Of a DNA stretch of 64,000 bases, positions 16,646 through 27,112 are shown one piece after another. The notes under the pieces are model-generated. The model ran no database searches and was not told the DNA's origin. It saw only the letters and a list, made by a program, of their open reading frames with translations. The stretch is from Dehalococcoidia bacterium (lineage in GTDB: Bacteria; Chloroflexota; Dehalococcoidia; Lucifugimonadales; G958296245): contig CBDHEI010000002.1 in NCBI GenBank assembly GCA_965262055.1, forward strand, positions 3,220,347 to 3,284,346, given 5' to 3'. A program made the position numbers and the translations under genes. How positions within the stretch are numbered: position 1 is the first letter of the stretch; every line of letters begins with the position of its first letter.

Positions 16646-17467
16646 TCAGGAAATCAGCATCTGGGTCATGTGCTCGTACTGCTCAGGCTCCGTCTTGCCC
16701 GACATCTCAAGGTCGTACTCGCTGACCGGGAGCAGCGCGTGCAACTCCGGCTTGTCCGCGACGAAGGCCTCCGCGTAGGGCACGCGTGCGTGTACCGCGT
16801 GAATTCCGCCGTCCATCATCTCGCCCAGCTTGCGTTGAAGGCTGCCGTCGCCGCCGTAGTACTGAGACCTGAACCTGTTCATGGCTGCGACCTTCTTGTC
16901 GATTACGTCGGTGATGTCGATCACCGTCGTCGGGTTGGCCGGCCGGTAGTTCTCGCGATGGTTGGTTCTCCCCTGTATGACGTGGAAGTAGACCTGGTGG
17001 ACCCCGTGGGGGGCAGGCTTGCCCGGCCTTATGCAGGAGGCGGCCTCCATGGCCAGGAGGGTCATCTGGGTCGCGTTGGCGTGGGCGGCTACCGTGTCGT
17101 ACGGCCAGTGGGTGATTATGATGTCCGGCTTAACTTCGCCGATCACGTCGGCGATCTCGTCTATGATCTCCTCGCGGGGCAACACGATGTCATCGTTGTG
17201 GCCCAGGAAGCGCACGTCGGTCACGCCAAGCTCCGCGGCGGCTTCTACCAGCTCCTGCTTGCGCTCCTCGGCCAGCGCGCCTAGGTCAACCTGCTTGCCC
17301 TTCTTGTAGTCGTCCAAGGCCCGCCCGTGGTGGGAGAGGCCGTGGGTTGGTGTCAGAGTGCAAACCCGGTCGCCGTTGCCGGCGTGCTTCGCCAAAGTGC
17401 CGCCCGCGTACATAATCGCGTCCTTTGGGTGCCCACCGATGTTCAGAATGCTGAGCTTGCGCGCCAT
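16646..17467 (-). CDS. PIG-L/LmbE-family deacetylase-like protein (variant motif)
   Basis: GHPKD in place of AHPDD; ELVEAAAELGVTDVRFLG; KPDIIITH; IDITDVIDKKVAAM; AGGAG RBS. Confidence 0.8.
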   Translation of the reverse strand: MARKLSILNIGGHPKDAIMYAGGTLAKHAGNGDRVCTLTPTHGLSHHGRALDDYKKGKQVDLGALAEERKQELVEAAAELGVTDVRFLGHNDDIVLPREEIIDEIADVIGEVKPDIIITHWPYDTVAAHANATQMTLLAMEAASCIRPGKPAPHGVHQVYFHVIQGRTNHRENYRPANPTTVIDITDVIDKKVAAMNRFRSQYYGGDGSLQRKLGEMMDGGIHAVHARVPYAEAFVADKPELHALLPVSEYDLEMSGKTEPEQYEHMTQMLIS

Positions 17468-17524
17468 GCTGTCCACTCCTTGTGTGGCGTTGTCTATTCG
17501 CCTCGGCCTTGCAGGAGCCGTCGG

Positions 17525-19321
17525 CTACCAGCCAAGGGCATAGCCGATATTCCCCTTGGGGGCCACGCCGCCGGCGATGATCCCTTTCTCCTTGTGGAGC
17601 CGGATGCCCATGGGCTTGCCGCCGCTCCAGGCCTCGGACCGGTCCACGATATGGCCTCGGCGCTCCAGATCTTCCACCACGTCCTGCGGGATGCGCGCCT
17701 CCGCGGTCATGTGTCCGGGGTAGGACTCCCTGGGGTAGAAGGACGATGGGAAGTGGCGGGAAAAGACGGTGGGCGCGTCCAACGCCTCCTGTATGTTCAT
17801 GCCGAGCTCGACATAGTTCAGGAAGAACTGGAGCGTCACCTGGTCCTGGCTGTCGCCTCCCGGCGTGCCGAACACCATGAAGGGCTCTCCGTTCCTGGTT
17901 ACCAGCGAGGGCGTAAGGGTGGCGCGAGGCCGCTTGTGTCCGGCCAGGGCGTTGGGCCGTTCAGCGTTCAGATAGAACATCTGCCCGCGGGTGCCCATCG
18001 GGAAGCCCAGCCCCTTCACGACGGGGGAGGTGCCGATCCAACCTCCGCTTGGCGTCGCGGCAACCATATTGCCTTCGATGTCCACGGCGTCGAGATGGGT
18101 CGTGTCGCCCGTGTGCGCGTGGCCCAGGCCGAGGTCTTGGACCGCGGTGGCCCCAACCCCCAAAGCGCGCCGGTTGTCCTCGGCCACGTCGCCGACGGCG
18201 TAGGCGGGTATTCCGCTTCCGGCGTCGCCGGGACGCATCTCCATCGACGCAGTGTCGCCCACGAGCGACAGCCGGGCGTCGTTGTAGCTCCTGGAGAGCA
18301 GCACGTCAAAGGGTACGTCGTCGAATAGGGGGTCGCCGTAGTATGCTTCGCGGTCAGCGAAGGCCAACTTCACAGTCTCCGTATATGCGTGGAGGTAATC
18401 GGCGGAGTTGTGCCCCATGGCCTTGAGGTCGATGCCATCGAGCAGGGCGAGGTGCTGAAGGAACACGGGCCCCTGGGTCCACGACGAGCACTTGTGGACC
18501 TCAAGGCCTTTGTACTCGTAGGTAACCGGCTCTTCGACCCTAGCGTGCCACCCGGCGATATCTTCGTATGACAGCAGCGCCGTGTGCGCCCGCCCGCTGG
18601 CGTCCTCCACCGGGTTGTCGGCGATGAAGCCGGCCATGCGCTCGGCTATCGGGCCCTTGTAGAAGGCGTCGCGGGCCGCCTCAATTCCGGCAACCCTGCC
18701 CCTGCCTTTCGCGGCGTCCTCGGCCCTCGCCATCGTCTTGAGCATCTCTGCGAAGTCAGGGTTGCGCCACACATCGCCGGTCTCCGGGACGGTGCCGTTC
18801 GGGTAGTAGACCTCGGCGGTCGTCGGGTAGCGCTCGTTGAACTTGTCGAAGCTGGAGGCCAGGCTGTTGTGGAGCCCCTCGTACATGGGGAATCCGTTCT
18901 CGGCGAGCTCGATGGCGGGCTGCAGCACCTGCGAGAAGCTGAGATTTCCGTAGCGCGCCACCGCCACAGCCCACGTGTCCACAGGGGCGGGCGCGGTGGC
19001 CGGGAGGTAGCCGTCTCCTGGGATCAGGTCGATGTTGTGGTCACGGCACCACTCTATGGTGAAGCTCTTGGGAGACCAGCCCATACCGCTGACCGCGACC
19101 GCCTTGCCCTCTCTGGCCGAGTAGATCAGGGTGGGGACCTCACCGGCGATGCCGTTGCTCTGGGGCTCCAGGAGGTTCAGGCAGAAGCACATCGCCGCCG
19201 CAGCGTCGATGGCGTTACCGCCCTGCTCCATAATGCGGAATCCTGCCGCCGTGGCCAGATAGTGGCCGGACGCTACGACGCCGCGCGTCCCCATGATTAC
19301 CGGGCGGGTAGTAAATGCCAT
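17525..19321 (-). CDS. ggt: gamma-glutamyltransferase family
   Basis: GVVASGHYLATAAG, GGNAIDAA, DTTHLDAVD (nucleophile Thr), GTPGGDSQ. True start taken at ATG 19321. Confidence 0.9.
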   Translation of the reverse strand: MAFTTRPVIMGTRGVVASGHYLATAAGFRIMEQGGNAIDAAAAMCFCLNLLEPQSNGIAGEVPTLIYSAREGKAVAVSGMGWSPKSFTIEWCRDHNIDLIPGDGYLPATAPAPVDTWAVAVARYGNLSFSQVLQPAIELAENGFPMYEGLHNSLASSFDKFNERYPTTAEVYYPNGTVPETGDVWRNPDFAEMLKTMARAEDAAKGRGRVAGIEAARDAFYKGPIAERMAGFIADNPVEDASGRAHTALLSYEDIAGWHARVEEPVTYEYKGLEVHKCSSWTQGPVFLQHLALLDGIDLKAMGHNSADYLHAYTETVKLAFADREAYYGDPLFDDVPFDVLLSRSYNDARLSLVGDTASMEMRPGDAGSGIPAYAVGDVAEDNRRALGVGATAVQDLGLGHAHTGDTTHLDAVDIEGNMVAATPSGGWIGTSPVVKGLGFPMGTRGQMFYLNAERPNALAGHKRPRATLTPSLVTRNGEPFMVFGTPGGDSQDQVTLQFFLNYVELGMNIQEALDAPTVFSRHFPSSFYPRESYPGHMTAEARIPQDVVEDLERRGHIVDRSEAWSGGKPMGIRLHKEKGIIAGGVAPKGNIGYALGW

Positions 19322-19425
19322 TGAAGCTTCCTCCTGTCTATAACCGAGCGCCGCGCCACAAGGGTTACAGCGTAGGGCCAACGTTATCCCCGAAGGCTCC
19401 GAAGTGTCAATAGCCGGGATGCGGG

Positions 19426-19950
19426 CTAGGATGCCGTGGACTCGGCTGACTCGCCCGCTTCCTCCGGCCCCGAGACTGCCTCTCCCACAGCCCGTAGCTG
19501 GTCGTCGACGAGATGGTCCGTGTATAGGACGCCGCTGAGGTGGTCCGTCTCGTGCTCGAGCGCCTGCGCGAGGACGCCGCCCTCGGCCCTGATCCTGAAC
19601 GGCTTGCCGTTGCGATCCAGCGCCTTGGCCCGCACCTTCACGGAACGGCGCACGGTCCCCCGGTAGCCGGGGATGCTGAGGCATCCCTCGTCGACTTCGC
19701 GCTCGCCCTTGCGCCGCACAATCTCGGGGTTGATCAGGACGATAGGCTCGTCTTCTTCCTCCGTCTGTATCACAGCCAACCGCAAGGGAATCCCAACCTG
19801 GTTCGCGGCCAAGCCGACGCCCCGCTGCGCGTGCATGGTCTCTATCATGTCGTCGATGATCCTCTGGATGGAGGAGTCTATCTGCTTGATCCAGCGCGTC
19901 CTCTGCCGGAGCCCCGGATCAGGGCTGCGTGTCAACTGGAGGACGGCCAT
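19426..19950 (-). CDS. def: peptide deformylase
   Basis: GVGLAANQVG, EGCLSIPG, HETDHL. Start may be 19950 or 19971. Confidence 0.95.
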   Translation of the reverse strand: MAVLQLTRSPDPGLRQRTRWIKQIDSSIQRIIDDMIETMHAQRGVGLAANQVGIPLRLAVIQTEEEDEPIVLINPEIVRRKGEREVDEGCLSIPGYRGTVRRSVKVRAKALDRNGKPFRIRAEGGVLAQALEHETDHLSGVLYTDHLVDDQLRAVGEAVSGPEEAGESAESTAS

Positions 19951-20062
19951 ATCGCATAGCTCCCAGGGCATGGGGGGGGTCGCTACCGATTATAGCAGCG
20001 AGAGGGCGCCGCGAAGCCTGCGGCGGCCTCTCTGGGAATCAGAAGGTTATTTGCGGCGTCGG

Positions 20063-20893
20063 CTACTCAATGCGCGTCCTGGGATCAAGGGCGTCCCGCA
20101 GACCATCGCCCATGAAGTTGACGGCTATCACCGTGAGCGAGATGGCGATGCCGGGCGGCAGCCATATCCAGGGGTTGTTCTCCAGGATGAACATCGACTG
20201 GGCCGCGCTCATCATGTTGCCCCACGTGGGCGTCGGGATCTGCACCCCGAGGCCCAGGAAGCTGAGGCCGGCCTCCGTAAGGATTGCGCCCGCAATCGTC
20301 AGCATGGCGGCCACGGCCACGTAACCCATGATGCCCGGGAGTATGTGTAAGAATATCTGGCGCCTGTCCGAGGCGCCGAGGGCCTTTGCGGCCATGACGT
20401 AGTCCATCTCCCTGAGCGAGAGCACCTGCCCGCGAACAAGGCGCGCCTTGCCGGTCCATCCAAAGAAGCCGATGACGATAATCAGGTTGAGCATGCTCGG
20501 TCCGACCAGGGCGACCAGGATTATGATCATGAAGAACGTTGGGAAGGTCATCACGAGCTCTGTGAACCGCATGAGAATATCGTCGGTTCGGCCTCCGGCA
20601 TAGCCCGACACCATTCCCAGAACGGTGCCTATGGCGGCCGAGAGGCCCGAAGCCATGAGGCCGACGGTCAGGGATACGCGCCCAGCATCGACTATTCTCG
20701 CATATATGTCGCGTCCTGCTTCGTCGGTCCCGAAGAGGTGGCTCAGGGAAGGAGGGTTCTTGAACTTAGTCAGGTCAACGGCGTTCGGATGGTGCCAGGT
20801 GACGACCGGTCTGAGGATGGCCATGGAGCCGAAGAGTACTATGATCACCAGCCCTATAAGGGCCAAGCGGTGACGGCGGAAGCGTCGCCACAC
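20063..20893 (-). CDS. peptide ABC permease (OppC/DppC type)
   Basis: WRRFRRH, FGTDEAGRDIYAR, ARLVRGQVLSLREMDYV, EAGLSFLGLG. An upstream in-frame ATG at 20992 is blocked by TAG. Confidence 0.9.
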   Translation of the reverse strand: MWRRFRRHRLALIGLVIIVLFGSMAILRPVVTWHHPNAVDLTKFKNPPSLSHLFGTDEAGRDIYARIVDAGRVSLTVGLMASGLSAAIGTVLGMVSGYAGGRTDDILMRFTELVMTFPTFFMIIILVALVGPSMLNLIIVIGFFGWTGKARLVRGQVLSLREMDYVMAAKALGASDRRQIFLHILPGIMGYVAVAAMLTIAGAILTEAGLSFLGLGVQIPTPTWGNMMSAAQSMFILENNPWIWLPPGIAISLTVIAVNFMGDGLRDALDPRTRIE

Positions 20894-21024
20894 GGAGGGG
20901 GCGCCTCGCCTGGGCCGGTCGAACTCCTGCAGAGCTTCCTCGTCTATGCCCTCTGTGCGTTCCCCTGTGGTTCCCGTTTTCTAATCCTCCATCCGCAGCC
21001 AGCAATCTGGCGCGAGCGGCCTCT

Positions 21025-21984
21025 CTATCCCGAGACTCTTATGCGCGGATCGGCATAGGCGTAAAGGATGTCCGCCAGCAGGTTCGCGTAGAGAACGAGG
21101 GACGCGCTGAAGAAGGTGAGCCCCATCAGGATCGGGTAGTCGCGGTTCGTAATCGACTTGATGGAAAGAAGCCCCATCCCTGGCCAGGAGAACATCACCT
21201 CGATCAGGATAGCGCCACCGATCAGGCCCGGTAGGCGCAGCGTTGTGATGGTGATCATCGGCAGCAGCGCGTTCCGGAAGGCGTGACGGGCAATAACCAC
21301 GTACTCGGTGAGCCCCTTCGCCCTGGCGGTTGTGACGTAGTCGGCGTTCATCACCTCCAGCATGGCGGTGCGCGCGTAGCGTGTGTTCCCCGACATCGAG
21401 TCGATAGACAGTATGAACGCGGGCATGACCAAGTGGTGCAGGTTGCCCAATATCGTGAACCCCTCAGACGCGTTGTACATGCCGAAGCTTGGGATCCAGT
21501 GCAACTTGAGGGAGAAGATGTATAAGGCTATGAGCGCGAAGAAGAAGGTGGGTATCGAGATGCCGAACAGCGACGCGACGCTCAGGGTGTAGTCGTACGC
21601 GCTGTACTGCCGGAGCGCCGCTATGACACCGAATACAGTGCCCAGAACTGTGGCAATAACAAGGCCAGTGGTGGTGAGCTCCAAGGTGGCGAGCATCCGC
21701 GACGTGATGATGTCGAGGACGGGGCGCCTGCTCATGTAGGAGAAGCCGAAGTTCCCCTGGAGCACCTCCTTCAGCCACAAAACGTATCGTACCGGGATGG
21801 GTTTGTCCAACCCCAAGGATTCGCGCATCTTCTGCGCGTCCTCCAAGCCCTGGAACTCCTCAGGGTCGATCATCGCGCTGATGGGGTCCCCCGGGGCCAG
21901 ATTGATGAACGTGAAGGTGATGATCGAAATGCCCAGCAGCATGGGCAGCGAGATAATGATCCGTCGGATGATATACTTCCTCAT
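21025..21984 (-). CDS. peptide ABC permease (OppB/DppB type)
   Basis: APGDP, LGLDKPIPVRY, DYVTTARAKGL, HAFRNALLP. Confidence 0.92.
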   Translation of the reverse strand: MRKYIIRRIIISLPMLLGISIITFTFINLAPGDPISAMIDPEEFQGLEDAQKMRESLGLDKPIPVRYVLWLKEVLQGNFGFSYMSRRPVLDIITSRMLATLELTTTGLVIATVLGTVFGVIAALRQYSAYDYTLSVASLFGISIPTFFFALIALYIFSLKLHWIPSFGMYNASEGFTILGNLHHLVMPAFILSIDSMSGNTRYARTAMLEVMNADYVTTARAKGLTEYVVIARHAFRNALLPMITITTLRLPGLIGGAILIEVMFSWPGMGLLSIKSITNRDYPILMGLTFFSASLVLYANLLADILYAYADPRIRVSG

Positions 21985-22033
21985 TGGCCCTGCCTATGTG
22001 CTCCTATAGGGTGCTCAGGTCGAAGCTGACCAG

Positions 22034-22062
22034 ATTCTAGCCGTTATGCGAGTAGGTTGCAA
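22034..22062 (-). promoter_or_regulatory. sigma70-type promoter for the permease pair: TTGCAA-N17-TAGAAT
   Basis: Direct reading, 50 nt upstream of the permease ATG. Confidence 0.55.
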
Positions 22063-22105
22063 CCGGTTCGCGGTCCTAACCGCGGCGGTGGCCAGGAAAC
22101 CGACG

Positions 22106-23923
22106 CTACTCCAACATCTCCCACTGCTCTAGATGGTAAAACCACTCGGCGTGCCATTTGAACTCCGGGGTGACCATGATGCTACCCAGGTCGGAGGGCT
22201 GGGGCCTCGCGCCGAACCCCGGAACGTAGACGTGCGTTCCGTATACCCCCAGCCACACGCTCGAATATATAGGCAGGATGGGCAGGTCCTCGATGAACAT
22301 CTCGTTGACCTGGCGGCCGATCCGCTCCTGCTCGGTTCGCGTCAATGCGCTGGGCAGCGCGTTCAGTAGCGAATCCAGCTTGGGACTAGCGTAGCCCATA
22401 GCGTCGGTTTGAGCGCTATGGAAGTAGAAGTATGTGCCGGACAGCGATCCGCCCCAGCCTCCCACGCGCACGGCGTCATATTCGTGGTCCTGGTAGTAAG
22501 CGACGGCCCAGGAAGCGGTGTCCATCTCTTGGAACGATATCCTCAGACCGGCGTCGACCAGCATCGCCTGTTCCGCATTGTGCATGGACCTCTGATCGGG
22601 GTGGGCGGATGCGGGTGTCTTGACCGTCAGCGTCCTGTCTTCATCCCATCCCACCTCCCCAAGAAGCCTCCTTGCGCGGGCCGAGTCGCCGGATTCCGGG
22701 TATCTCCTCTTCATCTCCTCAGTGACCACGCCCACCGGCATGAACAGGCACGTGTTGTTGATGACGCCCAGGCCGCCGACGAAGCTGTTCACAAGCTCGC
22801 GCCTATCCAGGGCGAGCATGGCCGCCTGCCTTATGCGAGGGTCCGCCAGCCACTCTGTCCTGGAGTTGAACGCGTACCCGGCGGAAGTACGCTGGGTAGC
22901 CACGGCGGCAAGCTCGAAGCGGGGGTCCTGGAGCAGGGCTTTGTATGCGTCCATAGAAAGATCGCCACGCCTGTTGACGTCGATCTCCCCCCGCTGCATC
23001 GCCGCGTGGGCGACCTCGGGCGATCTGATCAGGTGCACCAGCACGGCCTCGATCTTGGGCTCGCCCATGAAGTAGTCCGGGTTCGCCTCGAACTGTATGA
23101 AGTGGCCCGGCCGTCGCTGCTCGAACCGGTACGGCCCAGAGCCGACCATTCCGTGGACGAAGAACTCGTCGGTGTCCAGTTTGTCAGGCTGCACACTTCC
23201 AAGCAGGTGTTCTGGCAGAATTGGCTTCACGTAGAGCGCGTCGAGAAAGAAGCCTGACGGGGAGACCAGGTCGAATCGGATCGTGTGGTCGTCGAGTACG
23301 ACCAACCCACTTACGCCCTTGGCCCGGCCCTCGCTGAAGTCCCCCGCGCCTTCGATTATGGACAGCCTGCCTATCTGGTTGTTGTACGCCTGCTGTCCGG
23401 CGTAGGCGGTGAACGTGAAGGTCACGTCCCTTGCGGTCACCGGGGCGCCATCGTGGAAGGCCGCGTCCTCGCGCAGATAGAAAGTGTAAGATGCGCCGTC
23501 GGCCGCCACCTCCCACCTCTCCGCAAGCTCGGGACGGAACGCCTGCCGTATCGGGTCTGCCATGACGAGGCTAGAGAACAGGTATGCGTTCGCCAGCGAC
23601 ACGTAGCCGCTGGCGCCGGTGAAGGGGGAGAGCTTCTGGACCTCGCTGGAGGTGCGCATGTGTAGGACCGTCTCGGCGTCACCCACGGGCCCCAGGTCCC
23701 TCACGATCTGCTGCTCGACGGTCACTATCCTCTCTACCGGCACCTCCCTGACCACCTCCCTCTCAACCACAACCAGCCTCTCGATGGGGATCTCCTTGAC
23801 CACGGGTTGCTCTATGATCACGTTGCGCTCGACGGGGACCTCCGTCACGAACTCCTGTGTGCACGCCAAGGTCAAGACGGTCAGTGTGGCGCTCATCAGA
23901 GCGCCCGGCCAGGGGATGCGCAT
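22106..23923 (-). CDS. family-5 ABC solute-binding lipoprotein with Glu/Val stalk
   Basis: Lipobox LTLAC; PELAERWEVAADGASYTFYLR; GSGPYRF; AMQRGEID. Start taken at ATG 23923. Confidence 0.88.
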   Translation of the reverse strand: MRIPWPGALMSATLTVLTLACTQEFVTEVPVERNVIIEQPVVKEIPIERLVVVEREVVREVPVERIVTVEQQIVRDLGPVGDAETVLHMRTSSEVQKLSPFTGASGYVSLANAYLFSSLVMADPIRQAFRPELAERWEVAADGASYTFYLREDAAFHDGAPVTARDVTFTFTAYAGQQAYNNQIGRLSIIEGAGDFSEGRAKGVSGLVVLDDHTIRFDLVSPSGFFLDALYVKPILPEHLLGSVQPDKLDTDEFFVHGMVGSGPYRFEQRRPGHFIQFEANPDYFMGEPKIEAVLVHLIRSPEVAHAAMQRGEIDVNRRGDLSMDAYKALLQDPRFELAAVATQRTSAGYAFNSRTEWLADPRIRQAAMLALDRRELVNSFVGGLGVINNTCLFMPVGVVTEEMKRRYPESGDSARARRLLGEVGWDEDRTLTVKTPASAHPDQRSMHNAEQAMLVDAGLRISFQEMDTASWAVAYYQDHEYDAVRVGGWGGSLSGTYFYFHSAQTDAMGYASPKLDSLLNALPSALTRTEQERIGRQVNEMFIEDLPILPIYSSVWLGVYGTHVYVPGFGARPQPSDLGSIMVTPEFKWHAEWFYHLEQWEMLE

Positions 23924-24080
23924 CTTTCCGGTTGTGGACAAGGCCGTGCAATCTCTCGTTTCGCACTCGCGGGGTGTAAACACCGTTCGCGGATGGTGGC
24001 TGTGGTCAACGCCTATGGAATGTGTATAACCTACGCGCCGACCTTAAGTCAAACGAGAGACCCGTGCACCGGGCCTGAGG

Positions 24081-24500
24081 TTAAGCGCTCGCGTCCCCGC
24101 GACACCCTGCGTCAAGCTCCTCTTCAAGCAGGAGCTTCACTTTATGCTCGACCACATCCCTGATACGGCGGACCTCGTCTGCCGGTTTCCCGGCGGGGTC
24201 GTGTAACCCCCAGTCCTCCGCACCGATCTGAATGGGACAGATCTCTTCAATGGAACAGCCCATGGTGCTGAGGCGGTTGGCCCGCTCGGCTATCTCGGCC
24301 GTGAGCAGCTTGGGCCTGCTGGCGCTGAGGTCGATTCCCTGCTCCAGCATCACCTGCGCCACGACCGGGTGGATCCGATCGGAGGGCATGGTCCCGGCGG
24401 AGGCTACGTCGATGGCATTGCCGGCATAGTGCCTAGTGAAGGCCTCCGCCATCTGGCTCCTGCCTGAGTTGTGGATGCAGACGAACAGTATCCGCTTCAC
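24081..24500 (-). CDS. arsC: arsenate reductase (LMW-PTP fold, thioredoxin type)
   Basis: [12 protein letters not shown] (CX5R), [17 protein letters not shown]. Confidence 0.88.
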   Translation of the reverse strand: MKRILFVCIHNSGRSQMAEAFTRHYAGNAIDVASAGTMPSDRIHPVVAQVMLEQGIDLSASRPKLLTAEIAERANRLSTMGCSIEEICPIQIGAEDWGLHDPAGKPADEVRRIRDVVEHKVKLLLEEELDAGCRGDASA

Positions 24501-24766
24501 CTAGGGGCTCCCATGGCGTCTTTCCATGACAGATGCTTGGTCAGTGCGAATCCGAGTGTCACTGCCGGGTTGATGTGAGCACCGGAGTGGTGTCCCAGCG
24601 AGTAGACCATGGCGGCTACTACTAAGCCAGCGGCCAGTGTCATCCCCACGGGGCCTACGGCGCCGCCGGAAAGCTCGTCGGCCATTACCGCCCCGGCTGC
24701 CCCGAAAACGAGGGCGAAAGTCCCCAAGAGCTCCGCGAGAGCGCGCTTCGTCAGGCCGGTCGTCAA
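24497..24766 (-). pseudogene. truncated MIP/aquaporin (TM1, TM2 and first NPA only)
   Basis: [11 protein letters not shown] and [10 protein letters not shown] present; the ORF stops a few codons later, overlapping the arsC start (GTGA). Confidence 0.8.
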
Positions 24767-24796
24767 CGATGCCCCCTGGTAGGTGGAGAGGTCTAC

Positions 24797-25441
24797 CTAG
24801 GCGAACTTGCCCGTCACCAGGAAGATCACCCGCTCGCCGATATTGGTAGCGCGGTCCGCCACACGCTCCAGATCGTGGGCTACCCAGAGGAGGAAGGTAG
24901 CCCGCCGGATGGACTTGGGGTCCTCGATCATGAAGGTGAGGAGATCACGGTACACCTGGTCGTAGAGCGCGTCCACCTGGTCGTCGTCGTTGCAGACTTG
25001 GGCTGCGGCGACGACGTCTCGGTCGACCAGCGCGTCCAAGCTCCTCCGCAGCATGCCAGTTGCGAGGTCGGCCATCCGCGGTATGTCTATAAGCGGCTTG
25101 AGGGGAGGCTCGTCACCCATCGCGATACTGATCTTGGCGATTCCCTCGGCGTAGTCTCCCATGCGCTCCAGCTCCACCGAGATGTGGAGGAGGGATATCA
25201 CGAGGCGTAGGTCAATGGCCATAGGCTGTTGGGTCGCGATAAGGTTGATGCACTTCTCCTCGATGTCGTACGTCTGGTGGTCAATGAGGTCGTCCTGCTC
25301 GATAACCTCGCGTGAGGATTCCAGGTCGCGGCGTCTCAGAGCATCCACGGCCTTTGCAAGCGCCTTCTCTACCATGCTTCCCAGCATGAGCAGGTCGTCG
25401 TTAAGTATCCTCAGGTCTCGGTCGAAATCTGTTCTCGCCAT
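24797..25441 (-). CDS. phoU: phosphate signalling protein PhoU
   Basis: QPMAIDLR, ELERMGDYA, LERVADRATNIGE. Confidence 0.95.
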   Translation of the reverse strand: MARTDFDRDLRILNDDLLMLGSMVEKALAKAVDALRRRDLESSREVIEQDDLIDHQTYDIEEKCINLIATQQPMAIDLRLVISLLHISVELERMGDYAEGIAKISIAMGDEPPLKPLIDIPRMADLATGMLRRSLDALVDRDVVAAAQVCNDDDQVDALYDQVYRDLLTFMIEDPKSIRRATFLLWVAHDLERVADRATNIGERVIFLVTGKFA

Positions 25442-25455
25442 GGCGTAGCCTCTGT

Positions 25456-26235
25456 TTAGCTGAAGCGTCCGGTTATGTAGGCTTCCGTCCTCTCGTCCCT
25501 GGGGTCGGTGAATATCTGGTTGGTCTCTCCATGCTCGACCATATATCCGGAACGGTTGTCGTCCACCATCAGGAAAGCCGTCTCATCGGAGACCCTGGCC
25601 GCCTGCTGCATGTTGTGGGTTACGATTACGATGGTTACGTCCCTGACCAGCTCCCTGATCAGCTCCTCGATCGCCAGGGTGGCGATGGGGTCCAGCGCCG
25701 AGGCCGGCTCGTCCATGAGGATGACCTCTGGCTCCACCGCCAGCGCACGCGCTATACAGAGCCTCTGCTGCTGCCCGCCCGAAAGCTCGAGAGCGTTCTT
25801 GTTCAGGCGGTCCTTCACCTCTTCCCAGAGGGCGGCGCGCCTGAGGGATGTCTCCACCGCGTCATCGAAGCGCCCGGTGAACCCGTTGATCCTGAGCCCG
25901 AAGGCCACGTTGTCGTAGATCGACTTGGGGAACGGGTTGGGCTTCTGGAAAACCATTCCAATCCTCGACCTGATCTCCGTCGGGTCCACCGACGAGGAGT
26001 TGATCTCCTCGTCGTTGAAGTGAATCTCCCCAGAGACAACCGCGCCCGGGATAAGGTCGTTCATGCGGTTGAAGCAACGCAGAAGTGTGCTCTTGCCACA
26101 CCCAGACGGGCCGATCAACGCGGTGATTTTATGGCGCTTGATCTGCAGGGCCACGTCCTTGAGGGCCAGGAAGGCGCCGTAGTGGACCTGGACGCCGCGG
26201 GCATTCAGGACATATGCGCCGTTTGAGTCACTCAA
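25456..26235 (-). CDS. pstB: phosphate ABC ATPase
   Basis: [41 protein letters not shown]. Confidence 0.96.
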   Translation of the reverse strand: MSDSNGAYVLNARGVQVHYGAFLALKDVALQIKRHKITALIGPSGCGKSTLLRCFNRMNDLIPGAVVSGEIHFNDEEINSSSVDPTEIRSRIGMVFQKPNPFPKSIYDNVAFGLRINGFTGRFDDAVETSLRRAALWEEVKDRLNKNALELSGGQQQRLCIARALAVEPEVILMDEPASALDPIATLAIEELIRELVRDVTIVIVTHNMQQAARVSDETAFLMVDDNRSGYMVEHGETNQIFTDPRDERTEAYITGRFS

Positions 26236-27112
26236 TGGACTTCACCTGGTATTTGTTTCTGAGATATATGGCGAGAGCGTTCATGGACAACAGCACGATG
26301 AGGAGCACGATGATGCCCGCAGCAGCAAGGTCTCGAAACTCTTCCTGTGGCCTCGTTACCCAGTTATATATCTGGATTGGAAGTACGGTGAACCGGTCCA
26401 TGGGCGTGCCGGGAACGAATCGGAGGTAGACCAGCGCGCTGATGGCTATCACCGGCGCCGTCTCTCCAACAGCCCTCGATAGGCCCAGTATGATGCCGGT
26501 AAGCATTCCGGGAAACGCAGTGGGCACCACGACGTTCTTGATGACCTGCCACTGGGTGGCTCCCAGTGCGTACGCGGCCTGCCGGTACGTCAGCGGTACC
26601 GTCTTTATTGCCTCCCTGGAGGCGAGGATGACTATCGGGAGAATCAGCAGGGACATTGTGAGCGCGCCCGCTAGGAGGCTACGCCCCAGTGCAAGCAACT
26701 GGACGAAGAGTGCGAGGCCCAGCAGTCCGTAGACGATGGACGGCACACCCGCGAGGTTGGAGATGTTGACCTCGATCAGGGTAGTGAGCTTGTTGCGCCG
26801 AGCGTACTCCTCGAGGTATATCGCGGCGCCGATCCCCACGGGCACGGTAAACAGGGCGGTTAGCCCCATCAGCCAGATCGTGCCCATAATGGCTGCTCTC
26901 AGCCCAGCTTCTTCGGCGTGTCTGGACGGGTAGTTGAAAATCAGATTGTTGCTGAAGCTGGGCAGGCCTTCGTACAGTATCCGTGCCAGCAGTATGATCA
27001 GCCCGGCGATGCCAATCAGGATGGCCCCGAAGAACACGACGTAGAAGATTTTGCCTACCAGCTTCCTATGGGCGACCTTGGGGCGGAACTGATGAACTGT
27101 CTTGTCTATCAT
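26228..27112 (-). CDS. pstA: phosphate ABC permease PstA
   Basis: [27 protein letters not shown]. Confidence 0.94.
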   Translation of the reverse strand: MIDKTVHQFRPKVAHRKLVGKIFYVVFFGAILIGIAGLIILLARILYEGLPSFSNNLIFNYPSRHAEEAGLRAAIMGTIWLMGLTALFTVPVGIGAAIYLEEYARRNKLTTLIEVNISNLAGVPSIVYGLLGLALFVQLLALGRSLLAGALTMSLLILPIVILASREAIKTVPLTYRQAAYALGATQWQVIKNVVVPTAFPGMLTGIILGLSRAVGETAPVIAISALVYLRFVPGTPMDRFTVLPIQIYNWVTRPQEEFRDLAAAGIIVLLIVLLSMNALAIYLRNKYQVKSIE

